Below are positions 8,740-19,432 of a stretch of 64,000 nt of DNA, one piece after another. The stretch is taken from NCBI GenBank assembly GCA_934096735.1, contig CAKOMS010000001.1:29948-93947 (forward strand), read 5' to 3'. Source of the DNA: an uncultured Bacilli bacterium. Its GTDB lineage: Bacteria > Bacillota_I > Bacilli_A > RF39 > UBA660. Position 1 is the first letter of the stretch, and every line of letters begins with the position of its first letter. Made by a program: the position numbers and the translations under genes. The notes beneath the pieces are model-generated. The model saw only the letters and a program-made list of their open reading frames with translations, made no database searches and was not told the DNA's origin.

Positions 8740-10341
8740 ATGAGTTATAAAGTACTTTATAGAAAATATAGACCTGATAATTTTGATAACATTATTGGTC
8801 AATATTACACAATTAAAACTTTAAAAAATTCAATTATAAATAACAAAGTTTCTCATGCGTACATTTTTTCTGGTCCAAGAGGAACTGGAAAAACATCAAC
8901 TGCAAAAGTATTTGCGAAGGCTTTAAATTGTGAGTCGCCTATAGATGGTTCACCATGTAATAATTGTTCATTTTGTAACAATTTTTTAGAAAATCCAGAT
9001 ATTATAGAAATTGATGCTGCTTCAAATAATGGTGTTGATCAGATTAGAAATTTAATCGATAACATTAAATTATCACCAAGTAATGGTAAGTATAAAGTTT
9101 ATATTATTGATGAAGTTCATATGTTAACTACCAGTGCATTTAATGCCTTACTTTTAACATTAGAAGAACCTCCAAAGCATGCTATTTTTATTTTAGCAAC
9201 TACAAATATAGAAAATGTTCCTGTTACTATTTTATCTAGATGCCAAAGATTTGATTTTCAAAAAATTAGTAATAAAGATATTTCGGCATCTTTAAGAAAA
9301 ATTTGTGATTTAGAAAATATTGTAGCTGATGATGAAGCACTTGATGAAATTGCCTATCTATCTGAGGGTGGTATGAGGGACTCACTTAGCATATTAGATC
9401 AATTATCTAAGTTAGAAGAAAAAATTACTTTAGATCTAATTGAAAAAGAAATTAAAACAATTTCTAAAAAAAATATAGATGATGTATTTAATGCAATTGA
9501 AAGTAATGATTTAGATGGTTTTGTTAATTTATTAAGAGAATATAGTAATAGAAACGTTGACTATAAAATGTTTGTTAAAAAGATGATTGATGTTGGTAGT
9601 AAAAGAGCGTTAAGTTTAAAAAGTAATCCTAGTAAATATGTACTTAATTCAGATAATTATAAAAAAATGGTATTACTTTTAATTGATTCTTTAAATAAAA
9701 TTAATATCAATGTGAATCCATTCGTAACTTTGGAAATGCTTTTATTAGATTTTTTTAGTACAGAAAATTTTGATGTTAATAACGAAAAAATTATAAAGAA
9801 AGATTATAAAATTGAATTAAGTAATGAAGTAAAGAAAAATTCTAATTCTATAAGTGAATTAAAAAACGATATGACAAGTAAAAATAATTCCATTGAGGCT
9901 GGTAACAATTTTGTAAATATTAGAATCAATAATTGTTTTGTGAGTGCTTCTAAAGAATCATTAGAAAAAGCTAAAGAATTATTAAATAATTTAAAAAATG
10001 ATTTAAATATTACTGGTAAAGTAAAATCTATTATTGAAGATGCTCAAGTAGTAGTTGCTTCTGAAAAAATTGTTGTTTTATCGATGTTAAGTGATCATCT
10101 TGCTGAAGATGCAAACGAAAACATATTAGCAATTGAAAAAGCTTTTAATTCAATTATTAATGAAGATTCAAAAATTAAGTTAGTATTTATTTCTGAAAAT
10201 AAATGGATTATAGAAAAGAATAAATATATAGGAAATTTGAAAAAGGGTTATGTTTATAAGGAAATATGTGAAAATGAAGATAATCAAATGCAAGAAAAAT
10301 TAACAGATGTATTTGATTTATCAAAAATTGAAATAATTTAA
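8740..10341 (+). CDS. dnaX: DNA polymerase III subunits gamma/tau
   Basis: AAA+ clamp-loader motifs GPRGTGKTS, DEVHML, SRC. Confidence 0.93.
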   Translation: MSYKVLYRKYRPDNFDNIIGQYYTIKTLKNSIINNKVSHAYIFSGPRGTGKTSTAKVFAKALNCESPIDGSPCNNCSFCNNFLENPDIIEIDAASNNGVDQIRNLIDNIKLSPSNGKYKVYIIDEVHMLTTSAFNALLLTLEEPPKHAIFILATTNIENVPVTILSRCQRFDFQKISNKDISASLRKICDLENIVADDEALDEIAYLSEGGMRDSLSILDQLSKLEEKITLDLIEKEIKTISKKNIDDVFNAIESNDLDGFVNLLREYSNRNVDYKMFVKKMIDVGSKRALSLKSNPSKYVLNSDNYKKMVLLLIDSLNKININVNPFVTLEMLLLDFFSTENFDVNNEKIIKKDYKIELSNEVKKNSNSISELKNDMTSKNNSIEAGNNFVNIRINNCFVSASKESLEKAKELLNNLKNDLNITGKVKSIIEDAQVVVASEKIVVLSMLSDHLAEDANENILAIEKAFNSIINEDSKIKLVFISENKWIIEKNKYIGNLKKGYVYKEICENEDNQMQEKLTDVFDLSKIEII

Positions 10342-10346
10342 AGGAG

Positions 10347-10655
10347 GTGATTGAAATGAATATGCAAAATTTAATGGCTCAAGCTCAAAGAATGCAAAGA
10401 GAAATTTCACAAAAAAAAGAAGAGTTAGAAAAGATGGAGTTTATTGGAAAATCTGAATGGGTTTTAATTACTTTTTATGGAAATAAAACAATTAAAAAAG
10501 TAGAAATTGTTAAAGAGGGTATTATTTCTGAGGAAGACAAGGAAATTTTAGAAGATATGATTCAAATTGCTACTAAAGATGCTTTTATTCAAATTAATGA
10601 AGCAATAAGTGATAAATTGGGAAAATATGCTGGTGCATTAGATGGGTTGATGTAA
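10347..10655 (+). CDS. ybaB: Nucleoid-associated protein YbaB/EbfC
   Basis: 102 aa; conserved family; dnaX-ybaB-recR synteny. Confidence 0.88.
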   Translation: MIEMNMQNLMAQAQRMQREISQKKEELEKMEFIGKSEWVLITFYGNKTIKKVEIVKEGIISEEDKEILEDMIQIATKDAFIQINEAISDKLGKYAGALDGLM

Positions 10656-10656
10656 T

Positions 10657-11259
10657 ATGATTTATCCTGATGAATTACAAAAAATTATTAATTTTTATAA
10701 AAAATTACCTGGTATAGGTGATAAATCTGCTGAAAGAATGGCTCTTGCAACACTTGAAATAAAGGAAGATGACATTAATTCTTTTTCAAAATCATTAATT
10801 GAGGCAAAAAAAAATCTTCATCAATGTAAAATATGTGGCCATTTGACTAATAGTGAAGAATGTAATGTATGTAGTGATGTAAATAGAGATCATAATTTAA
10901 TTTGTGTTATAGAAGATTATAAAAGTGTTTTCTCTTTTGAAAAAGTAGGTAACTTTAAAGGTGTTTATCATGTTTTGAATGGTCTTATATCTCCAATGGA
11001 TGGTATTGGGCCTGAGGACATTAATCTATCTTCTTTAGTGAAAAGAGTAAATGAACTCGAAAATCCTGAATTAATACTCGCTTTAAAAAGTTCAATTGAA
11101 GGAGAAACTACTACGTTGTATTTAAAAAAAATATTTGAAAATAAAAATGTGTTAATATCTAGACTCTCTTATGGTATACCGATGGGTGCTGAAATAGATT
11201 ATTTAGATATAATGACATTAGATAAAGCATTAGAAGATCGTAAAAAGATTAGTGAATAA
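10657..11259 (+). CDS. recR: Recombination protein RecR
   Basis: C4 zinc finger CKICGHLTNSEECNVCS, Toprim domain. Confidence 0.93.
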   Translation: MIYPDELQKIINFYKKLPGIGDKSAERMALATLEIKEDDINSFSKSLIEAKKNLHQCKICGHLTNSEECNVCSDVNRDHNLICVIEDYKSVFSFEKVGNFKGVYHVLNGLISPMDGIGPEDINLSSLVKRVNELENPELILALKSSIEGETTTLYLKKIFENKNVLISRLSYGIPMGAEIDYLDIMTLDKALEDRKKISE

Positions 11260-11482
11260 TTATAATTATAATAAATATAATTATATTGGTGATAACTTGA
11301 AAAAAAGTATTAGTTTTATACTTAAAAGATTAGTTTTTGCAATTGGCATTATATATGGACTTAATGTAGTTTTAAGTAATGCACAAATATATTTACCATT
11401 TAATATTATTACTATACTTGTGACAACTTTTTTAGGAATCCCTGGTTTGTTATCTCTTTTTGCTATCTTCTACATCATTTAG
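11252..11482 (+). CDS. bofA: Pro-sigma-K processing inhibitor BofA (small integral membrane protein); start uncertain
   Basis: C-terminal IITILVTTFLGIPGLLSLFAIFYII matches BofA LVTTAISGILGIPGIAALVVIKQFII; same recR-bofA position as B. subtilis. Confidence 0.65.
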   Translation: MNNYNYNKYNYIGDNLKKSISFILKRLVFAIGIIYGLNVVLSNAQIYLPFNIITILVTTFLGIPGLLSLFAIFYII

Positions 11483-12317
11483 GAGGTTTATTATAGAAAG
11501 TAGCGAATTGTTAAAATTAGTTCAATATTATAAAGAGGATAAACTAGCACATGCATATTTAATTTCTACAAATAATATTGAAAGTTGTAAATCAGTTCTT
11601 TTAGATGTTATAAAGAATATTTTTTGTAGTGGCGAATATGTAGCAAATTGCACAAAATGTTCTTTATGTCATTTAATAGATATAAATAATATGCCTAGTT
11701 TAAAAATTATAAGTCCTGATGGTGCATTTATAAAAAAGGATCAAGTATTAGCATTAAGAAATGATTTTTCAAAAGAAAGTCAGTTTTCAAAAGAAAATAT
11801 TTATATTATTTTAGAGGCCGAAAAGATGAACAAAGAATCTGCTAATACTATACTTAAATTTTTAGAAGAGCCAGAAGGAAATGTATTAGGTTTTTTTGTT
11901 ACAAATCATATAGAGAATATACTACCAACAATTCAAAGTAGATGTGAATTAATTTATTCATTTTTTGATGTAGATGAAGATGCAAATTTAAGTGAAGATG
12001 AATTATCACAACTTTTGCAAATTAAAGAGACATATTATAAAGAATTAAATAGTAATGATGTGTCAATATTAACAAATAAAAAATACTTAACTCAAATAGA
12101 GAAAAAAGATATTATTTATATTTTTAAAATGATTTTAAATGATTATTATGATAACTTAAAAGAAGGTATTAATTCTAAAAGTAATATTTATAAAACTAAG
12201 AAAAAAATAGATTTGATTGTCGAATTTTTAGAAAAAATCAATTATAATGTTAATGTTGATTTATTATTAGATAGTCTTGTTATTGAATTTGAGGTGATAA
12301 ATAATGAAGATATGTAG
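11460..12317 (+). CDS. holB: DNA polymerase III delta' subunit (HolB); N-terminal boundary uncertain
   Basis: Clamp-loader delta' fold (cysteine cluster CTKCSLC, SRC motif). The ORF call begins at TTG 11460, upstream of the AGGAGG at 11481-11486; the real start is probably downstream of that RBS (ATT/ATA 11490-11495 or TTG 11508). Confidence 0.8.
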   Translation: MLSSTSFRRFIIESSELLKLVQYYKEDKLAHAYLISTNNIESCKSVLLDVIKNIFCSGEYVANCTKCSLCHLIDINNMPSLKIISPDGAFIKKDQVLALRNDFSKESQFSKENIYIILEAEKMNKESANTILKFLEEPEGNVLGFFVTNHIENILPTIQSRCELIYSFFDVDEDANLSEDELSQLLQIKETYYKELNSNDVSILTNKKYLTQIEKKDIIYIFKMILNDYYDNLKEGINSKSNIYKTKKKIDLIVEFLEKINYNVNVDLLLDSLVIEFEVINNEDM

Positions 12318-13083
12318 TGTTGTTTTTAAAAATAATGGAAAATCATATGATTTTATTGATGAAAAAAATAGTAAAATTAATGATTATGTTATAGTTAATA
12401 CTGAAAAGGGTATTCAATATGGTAAAGTAATAAAAACTATTGAAGTTTGCGAAGATAATTCTTCTTTGGAATATAAAAACATTGTAAGAATTGCAACTGA
12501 AGAAGATAAAAGTAATTATTTATCTTTGTTAAAAGAATCATCTGTAGCACTTAATAAATGTAAAAATTTAGTTAAAACATTAGAATTAAAAATGAATGTT
12601 TTGTCAGCCGAATTCAATTTTGATAAAACGCAACTTGTTTTTTTATTTACATCTGATGATAGAGTTGACTTTAGAGAACTTGCAAAAAAGCTTGCTTCAA
12701 TATATCATACAAGAATTGAACTTAGACAAATTGGAGCTAGAGATAAAGCAAAAGAAGTTGGTGGCATAGGAGTCTGTGGTCAAAAAATTTGTTGTGCTAG
12801 ATTTTTACATAAGATGGATGCTATTTCAATGAATATGGCAAAAAATCAAAATTTAGCATTAAATCCAAATAAGATAAATGGTGTATGTGGAAGACTTTTG
12901 TGTTGTTTACAATATGAAGATGAAAATTATGTAAGATTATGTAAGGGTTTACCAATTGTTGGTGATGAATATGTGGTTAGTAATAATGTTGGCAAAGTTG
13001 TAAGTGTAGATATTTTAAATAGAAAAATTAAAGTATTAGTTAATGGAAATAAGGAAGAAGTAACGATTGATGAGCAACAGTAA
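12304..13083 (+). CDS. ricT: PSP1-domain protein RicT/YaaT (stage 0 sporulation/RNase Y-regulating complex)
   Basis: PSP1 C-terminal domain with conserved cysteines (GVCGQKICCARFL, CGRLLCCLQYE); follows holB as in Bacillus. Confidence 0.85.
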   Translation: MKICSVVFKNNGKSYDFIDEKNSKINDYVIVNTEKGIQYGKVIKTIEVCEDNSSLEYKNIVRIATEEDKSNYLSLLKESSVALNKCKNLVKTLELKMNVLSAEFNFDKTQLVFLFTSDDRVDFRELAKKLASIYHTRIELRQIGARDKAKEVGGIGVCGQKICCARFLHKMDAISMNMAKNQNLALNPNKINGVCGRLLCCLQYEDENYVRLCKGLPIVGDEYVVSNNVGKVVSVDILNRKIKVLVNGNKEEVTIDEQQ

Positions 13084-13795
13084 CGAAGTATTAAATGACC
13101 TGTTTGATTACATTGGTTATAAAATATATCAAATTAAAGGTAATTTTAAATTTTCTTTGGATTCAATATTACTTGCAGAATACACTAAGGTTAAGAGAAA
13201 TACAAAATTTATTTTAGATATGTGTACTGGTAATGCTCCAATACCTCTTATTCTTACTACGAAAACTAATGCTTCTATTGATGCAGTTGAAATTCAAGAA
13301 AATATAGCGAAATTAGCTACAAAATCAGTTATTTATAACAATAAACAAAATCAAATTAATATAATTAATGCTGATATTAATGATATTGATAATTATATTT
13401 TTAATAAAAAGTATGATATTATTACATGTAATCCGCCATTTTTTAAAGTAGATAATTATGATTTTACTAATAAATATGAAGGACTTAGTTTAGCAAGACA
13501 TGAAATAAAAATTGATTTAGAAAGAATTTTTATGATTGCTTCTAATCATTTGAATGATAAAGGTGAATTTTACATGGTTCATAGAGTTGCTCGGTTAGAT
13601 GAAATTATTATAATGGCTGATAAATATAATTTAAGAGTTAAGAATATTACATTAGTAAAAACTAAAGAAAGTGAAAGACCAAGTATATTACTTATTAGAT
13701 GTGTTAAAAGTTCAAAATATGGAATAAAAATTCAAAACACTCTTAATATTGAAAATCTTAAAACATATCAAAATTTATTTAAGGAGGAGTTATGA
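13067..13795 (+). CDS. SAM-dependent methyltransferase, tRNA1(Val) (adenine37-N6)-methyltransferase family (YabB-like)
   Basis: Rossmann MTase motifs (DMCTGNAPIPL, ITCNPPFF). Confidence 0.7.
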   Translation: MMSNSNEVLNDLFDYIGYKIYQIKGNFKFSLDSILLAEYTKVKRNTKFILDMCTGNAPIPLILTTKTNASIDAVEIQENIAKLATKSVIYNNKQNQINIINADINDIDNYIFNKKYDIITCNPPFFKVDNYDFTNKYEGLSLARHEIKIDLERIFMIASNHLNDKGEFYMVHRVARLDEIIIMADKYNLRVKNITLVKTKESERPSILLIRCVKSSKYGIKIQNTLNIENLKTYQNLFKEEL

Positions 13796-14343
13796 AATTA
13801 ATAGTTGGATTAGGTAATCCTGGTAAAGAATATAGAAACACAAGACATAATGTTGGTTTTATGGTAGTTGATCATTATTTAAATAAAGTTACTTGGAAAG
13901 AAAAATTTGAAGGGCTATATTGTGAAAAGATTATTAATGATGAAAAAATTGTTTTTTTGAAACCTCAAACATTTATGAATTTATCTGGAATTTCTGTTAA
14001 AAAAGCAGTGGATTATTATAAATTAAATATAGAAGATATATTAATAATTCAAGATGATTTAGATATTGAACTTGGACATTACAAATTAAAAAGGAATAGT
14101 TCATCAGGAGGTCATAATGGTATAAATTCAATAATATCGTCTTTAAATACTGATTCATTTTTGAGATTAAAAATTGGTATTTCAAAAACCAGATTGATTT
14201 CTACGACTGATTATGTGATTGGAAAATTTAGTTCTACAGAAATTGAAACTTTAAATTCGCTAATGGATGAATTTGATGATGTTATAACTTCTTTTATAAA
14301 TAATGGTATAGAAAAGACTATTCAAATTTATAATAAAAAGTAG
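13792..14343 (+). CDS. pth: Peptidyl-tRNA hydrolase
   Basis: MKLIVGLGNPG N-terminus, HN..GF motif; pth-mfd synteny. Confidence 0.93.
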   Translation: MKLIVGLGNPGKEYRNTRHNVGFMVVDHYLNKVTWKEKFEGLYCEKIINDEKIVFLKPQTFMNLSGISVKKAVDYYKLNIEDILIIQDDLDIELGHYKLKRNSSSGGHNGINSIISSLNTDSFLRLKIGISKTRLISTTDYVIGKFSSTEIETLNSLMDEFDDVITSFINNGIEKTIQIYNKK

Positions 14344-14352
14344 GGATTATAA

Positions 14353-17300
14353 ATGAATTTAGATAATATATTTAATTATGAAAATAATCATGTAACATAT
14401 GGGTTAACTAATGAGTTAATCGTTTTTTACTTGATTAATTTATTGAAAAAAACAGATAAAAATATTTTGTTAGTATCTTCTACTCTTTATGAAACAAATA
14501 ATTTGTTTAATGGTATAAAAGGTTATATTGATGATACTATTTTATTTCCGATGGATGATTTTGTTACATCGATGGTACTTGCTATTTCACCGGAATTTAA
14601 ACTTGCTAGATTAAATGCTTTAGAGCAAATAAAAGATGGTAAAAAAAATATTGTAGTGACTAACTTAATGGGTTATTTAAGATACTTACCACATAAAAAT
14701 ATTGAAAATTTAATTGGTTTGAAAAAAAATCTAACTGTTAATAGAGATGAATTTATTTCTAAATTACTGTCATTTGGTTATACAAAAGAATCTATGGTTA
14801 CTACAACTGGAGAATTTGCAGTAAGGGGTTATATAATTGATGTTTTTCCAATTAATGAAATGCATCCAATTAGATTAGAGTTTTTTGGAAATGATTTAGA
14901 GTCTATAAGATATTTTGATGAAAATACACAAAGAACTATTAATGAAGTAGACAACATAGATATTTATCCAATTGTTGAGATGGAAACTGATATTAAAAAT
15001 TCATTGTATGATTATTTAAATGAACCAATTGTAGTTTTTTACAATAAAGATCAAATAGATATAGCATTTAATAAATTAAATGAAGAAGTAATGCAGTTTG
15101 ATGATAGTAAAAATCTAACAGATTATATGTTTTCTTTAGATGAGATACATTCAAGTAATAATTTATATATTGATACTATTAATAATCCTACTGATTTTCA
15201 AACTTATGAAACACCCTATTTTAACGAGGATTTTGATTATTTGAAAAATTATGTGCTTAATAATGAATCACAAGGTAAAAAAGTTTATTTTTATTTAGAA
15301 AAAGATTCTGAAATTAAAATAATTAAAGAAATTTTACCTAATGCAAATATTGTTAAAAAAAGACTGAATAAAGGATTTATTATCAATAATTCAATATATA
15401 TTTCTGAAAATGATATTGGTATAAAAATGAATCCAAGGGTTAAGTATGTAAATAACTTACATATTGGTAAAAAAATTAAATCTTATAATGATTTAGAAAA
15501 AGGTGATTATGTAGTACATATTAATCATGGTATTGGGGTATATAATGGAATTACATCTTTAAAAAAGAACGGATTATTGAAAGATTATATTGAACTTTTA
15601 TATGCTGATAATGACAAAATATATGTTCCTGTTGAAAAAATTACTTCTATTTATAAGTATTCTTCTAAGGATGGTGCAGTGCCCAAAGTTAATAAACTTA
15701 ATTCAACTAGTTGGTTTAAAACTAAAAATTATATAAAAGCTAAAGCAAAAGATATATCTAAAGAATTGTTACAATTATATTCTGAAAGGGCAAAAGTAAA
15801 AGGAATACCATATAAAGATTATGTAGAAGAAGAAACGTTTGCTAGTTTATTTTCTTATGAAGAAACTAAAGATCAACTTAAAGCGATAAACGAAATATTA
15901 AGTGATTTAAGAAGTGAAACGCCAATGGATAGACTTTTATGTGGTGATGTTGGGTTTGGTAAAACTGAAGTTGCTATGAGAGCAATATTTAAAACAATAA
16001 TAAATAATATGCAAGTTTTATATTTGTGTCCAACAACAATACTTTCGAATCAACAGTATAATGTAATTAAGGAAAGATTTAAAGATATTCCAATTGAAAT
16101 TAAATTATTAAATAGATTTACAACTCCTAGAGAAACTAATAAAATACTCGAAAATATTTCAAATGGAAAAATTGATATTTTAGTTGGTACTCATAGACTT
16201 TTAAGTGATGATGTTAAGCCAAATAAGTTAGGACTTTTAGTAGTTGACGAAGAACAAAGATTTGGAGTTAAACATAAAGAAAAAATAAAAGAGTTTAAGA
16301 ATGATGTAAATGTTTTAACTTTATCTGCTACTCCAATACCTAGAACTTTAAAAATGGCTCTTTCTGGACTTAGAGATTTATCTATTATTGATACTCCACC
16401 AGTTAATAGATATCCAGTCCAAACATATGTAGTTAGAAATAATGATTTACTTGTAAAAGATGCTATATATAAAGAATTAGGAAGAAATGGTCAAATTTAT
16501 ATTTTATATAATAGAATTCAAGATATAGATACTATTAAAGATAAGATTAATAAGTTAGTTCCTGAAGCAAGAATTGCAGTGGCACACGGAAGAATGAATA
16601 AAGAAGAAATTGAAAATATTATGCAAGATTTTGTTGATCAAAAATATGATATCTTATTGTGTACAACGATTATTGAAAATGGAATTGATATTAGTAATGC
16701 AAATACTTTGATAGTTTATGATTCTGACAATTTTGGATTAAGTCAACTTTATCAAATTAGAGGAAGAGTTGGAAGAAGTGATAGGGTTGCATATGCATAC
16801 TTATTATATAATGAAAATAAACAACTTAATGATATTGCAGTTAAGAGGTTGCAAGCTATAAAAGAGTTTGCAGAACTAGGAAGTGGCTATAAAATTGCTA
16901 TGCGTGATTTATCTTTAAGGGGTGCTGGTGATATTTTTGGAAGTGAACAAGCTGGATTTGTAGATTCTGTAGGAATTTCATTGTATATGAAAATGATTGA
17001 AGATGAACTAAAAAGAGCTAAAGGTGAAACTGTTTTAGAAGATGAAGATAATACTAATAATTTAGTAGAAGTATCTACTCATATTAAAGATAGTTATATT
17101 AGTGATGAAGATATTAAAATAGAGATACATCAAAAAATAAATCAAATTGATTCTAGAGAATCATTTGAAAGAATAAAAGACGAATTAATTGATAGATTTG
17201 GTCAAATTGATAATGAAATGATTGTGTATATGTATGAAGAATGGTTTAGTAATTTGGCAAGACAACTTAATATAACAAAAGTAATTACAACAGATAGATA

Positions 17301-17499
17301 TGTTGAAGTTACTTTACCTGAGGAGTTATCAAATAACATTAAAGGAGATAAATTGTTACTTGAAACTATGAATATTTCAAATAAGTTTAATATTAAATAT
17401 ATTCATAAAAATATTATTATTACTTTGTTTTACAAGGGACTGAAAGAACATTATATTTACTATTTTGTTAAAGTACTAGAATCTATAAAAAATAATTAG
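14353..17499 (+). CDS. mfd: Transcription-repair coupling factor Mfd
   Basis: 1048 aa; UvrB-homology, RecG-like SF2 helicase motifs (GDVGFGKTEVA, DEEQRFG), TRG motif. Confidence 0.95.
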   Translation: MNLDNIFNYENNHVTYGLTNELIVFYLINLLKKTDKNILLVSSTLYETNNLFNGIKGYIDDTILFPMDDFVTSMVLAISPEFKLARLNALEQIKDGKKNIVVTNLMGYLRYLPHKNIENLIGLKKNLTVNRDEFISKLLSFGYTKESMVTTTGEFAVRGYIIDVFPINEMHPIRLEFFGNDLESIRYFDENTQRTINEVDNIDIYPIVEMETDIKNSLYDYLNEPIVVFYNKDQIDIAFNKLNEEVMQFDDSKNLTDYMFSLDEIHSSNNLYIDTINNPTDFQTYETPYFNEDFDYLKNYVLNNESQGKKVYFYLEKDSEIKIIKEILPNANIVKKRLNKGFIINNSIYISENDIGIKMNPRVKYVNNLHIGKKIKSYNDLEKGDYVVHINHGIGVYNGITSLKKNGLLKDYIELLYADNDKIYVPVEKITSIYKYSSKDGAVPKVNKLNSTSWFKTKNYIKAKAKDISKELLQLYSERAKVKGIPYKDYVEEETFASLFSYEETKDQLKAINEILSDLRSETPMDRLLCGDVGFGKTEVAMRAIFKTIINNMQVLYLCPTTILSNQQYNVIKERFKDIPIEIKLLNRFTTPRETNKILENISNGKIDILVGTHRLLSDDVKPNKLGLLVVDEEQRFGVKHKEKIKEFKNDVNVLTLSATPIPRTLKMALSGLRDLSIIDTPPVNRYPVQTYVVRNNDLLVKDAIYKELGRNGQIYILYNRIQDIDTIKDKINKLVPEARIAVAHGRMNKEEIENIMQDFVDQKYDILLCTTIIENGIDISNANTLIVYDSDNFGLSQLYQIRGRVGRSDRVAYAYLLYNENKQLNDIAVKRLQAIKEFAELGSGYKIAMRDLSLRGAGDIFGSEQAGFVDSVGISLYMKMIEDELKRAKGETVLEDEDNTNNLVEVSTHIKDSYISDEDIKIEIHQKINQIDSRESFERIKDELIDRFGQIDNEMIVYMYEEWFSNLARQLNITKVITTDRYVEVTLPEELSNNIKGDKLLLETMNISNKFNIKYIHKNIIITLFYKGLKEHYIYYFVKVLESIKNN

Positions 17500-17539
17500 G
17501 TATATAAGTATAAAAGATGAAAAATAAATCAAACTATAA

Positions 17540-18061
17540 TTGAATGGAGTGAGTAGTTTGATAAAAAGTGGAATTACCAGAAGAATTGATGAATTAGGTA
17601 GAATTGTAGTTCCAAAAGAAATAAGATTTAATTTAGGTATTAGAGAAGGTGATTCTTTAGAAATTTTTACAAAAGACAATGCTATAGTTATTAAAAAGTA
17701 TTCTGAAATAGAAAATATATTTGAGTTAAGTAATAAGTTATGTAAAATATTTTATGATATATGGGGATTATCTGTAATTATTACAGATAGGGATAAAGTA
17801 ATAGCTTGTAGTGGTAATTTAAATATTCAAGAAAAAAACCTACCTAATAATTTAAAAAAGATGATTGATAATAGAGAATCAATTTTTAATAAATATGATA
17901 AATTTTTTGAAATTGAAGGATATTTTACTATTTTACCTATTATAGTAGCATCTTCAGTTACTGGGTTTGTTATAGTAAATAGTAATAAAAATAATGAAGA
18001 TAATGTTATGAATGCTAAAATTATTCAAAAAATTATCTGTGAAAAAATTGATGTTTTATAA
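17540..18061 (+). CDS. spoVT: Stage V sporulation protein T (AbrB-family swapped-hairpin N-domain plus GAF-like C-domain)
   Basis: RRIDELGRIVVPKEIRFNLGIREGDSLEIF matches the SpoVT/AbrB N-domain; about 170 aa; follows mfd as in B. subtilis; alternative TTG start at 17558. Confidence 0.85.
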   Translation: MNGVSSLIKSGITRRIDELGRIVVPKEIRFNLGIREGDSLEIFTKDNAIVIKKYSEIENIFELSNKLCKIFYDIWGLSVIITDRDKVIACSGNLNIQEKNLPNNLKKMIDNRESIFNKYDKFFEIEGYFTILPIIVASSVTGFVIVNSNKNNEDNVMNAKIIQKIICEKIDVL

Positions 18062-18099
18062 GTTATGTTAATCTTGATTAGTTTTAATTCTTATGTTAC

Positions 18100-18308
18100 T
18101 ATACTTGTAGTTAACGAAGAATAAGTGTGGTAGATTAATAAGTTAAATAGAGAATTAGTGGTTGGTGGAAACTAATTAATAAGTTAATTGAGTATGAACT
18201 TAGGAGTTAAATCGGTGAGAATCGTTATAATCTAAAGTGTATGAATAAATTCATAAATTAAGGTGGTACCGCGGAAAATATTTCGTCCTTTGTTTATGAA
18301 TTTTTTAT
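18100..18308 (+). promoter_or_regulatory. T-box riboswitch leader, methionine-specific (specifier AUG-A at 18194-18197), with terminator/antiterminator
   Basis: Conserved T-box sequence AATTAAGGTGGTACCGCGG at 18256-18274; Stem I features AGAGA and distal loop GGTGGAAA; terminator helix aaattcataaat(18247-18258)/atttatgaattt(18292-18303) plus T-run; metG is downstream. Confidence 0.75.
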
Positions 18309-18320
18309 TTGGAGGTTTTT

Positions 18321-18944
18321 ATGAAAGCAATTGTGTTTGATTTAGATAATACATTAATTATTTGGAAAGATGAATATGTATCGGTATTAAAAAATATTTT
18401 ACCAAAATATATTCCTAATATTAGTGATGAAAAAGCCATTGAAATTAATAAATGTTTGGATGATTATGAGAATGTGATTGATGAGTTAAGTCGTGAAAAA
18501 TTACTTTTTTATATTAATAATAAATGTAAATTAAATTTAAGTATCGATTTTATTGATGAACTTATAAAAGGGCAACGAATGTGCTTTCAAGAAGATAAAA
18601 AATTAGAAGAAGTTATTAAATATTTAGCAAGTAAATATGATTTGTATGTGGTGTCTAATTGGTTTACAGAAACACAAGAAGGAAGGCTTGAAAATGTTGG
18701 AGTTTTAAAATATTTTAAAAAAGTATATGGTGCTGATGTTAATTATTTGAAACCTGATATTAGAGCATTTAAATCTATTTTTGATAAATATTCTAGTAAT
18801 TCTGTAATTTGTGTAGGAGATTCATTAAATAATGATATTTTACCAGTATTAAAATTAGGTGGAAGAGCTATTTGGATTTCAGATAGTGAATCTAATAAAT
18901 ATGAAACTATTCATAGTATATATGAATTGGAGGATTTACTATGA
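18321..18944 (+). CDS. HAD-superfamily hydrolase
   Basis: Motif I FDLDNTL; ORF track start 18309 is an alternative TTG; ATG 18321 follows RBS ggagg. Confidence 0.75.
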   Translation: MKAIVFDLDNTLIIWKDEYVSVLKNILPKYIPNISDEKAIEINKCLDDYENVIDELSREKLLFYINNKCKLNLSIDFIDELIKGQRMCFQEDKKLEEVIKYLASKYDLYVVSNWFTETQEGRLENVGVLKYFKKVYGADVNYLKPDIRAFKSIFDKYSSNSVICVGDSLNNDILPVLKLGGRAIWISDSESNKYETIHSIYELEDLL

Positions 18945-19432
18945 ATGGTAGATCTTTTGAAAAAGTAAGTTTTGAAGAATTTAAAAAAACTATAAAAGAT
19001 GATAAAGAATTATATAATAATTATTTGTTACCTTCTAGAAAAACAAAATATAGTGCTGGGTATGATTTAATTTCTATATTAGATTATAGTATTGAACCTG
19101 GAGAGAGATTATTAATTCCAACAGGATATAAAGCAAAATATTTAGATGATGAAATGCTAATGATAGTTGTTAGAAGTAGTGTTGGTGTTAAATATAATGT
19201 GAGGCTTTCTAATCAAGTAGGAATTATTGATAGTGATTATTACAATAATCCTAGTAATGAGGGCCATATATTTGTTTCTTTAGCAAATGAAGGTAATGAA
19301 ACATTTTATATAAAAAAAGGAACAGCTTATGCACAAGGAATATTTGTTAAATACTTAACTTGTGATGATACTGTTATACCAGATAGAGTTGGTGGTTTTG
19401 GAAGTACAAATAGAAAAGAGGAAGAAAAATGA
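18941..19432 (+). CDS. dut: dUTP diphosphatase (trimeric dUTPase family)
   Basis: Motif GIIDSDYYNN (dUTPase motif III), about 160 aa. Confidence 0.7.
   Translation: MNGRSFEKVSFEEFKKTIKDDKELYNNYLLPSRKTKYSAGYDLISILDYSIEPGERLLIPTGYKAKYLDDEMLMIVVRSSVGVKYNVRLSNQVGIIDSDYYNNPSNEGHIFVSLANEGNETFYIKKGTAYAQGIFVKYLTCDDTVIPDRVGGFGSTNRKEEEK

Noticed and set aside
11460-11490. TTG start of holB at 11460 overlapping bofA
   Set aside because: A strong AGGAGG lies inside this extension (11481-11486), so the true start is probably just downstream; kept the ORF coordinates but flagged uncertainty.
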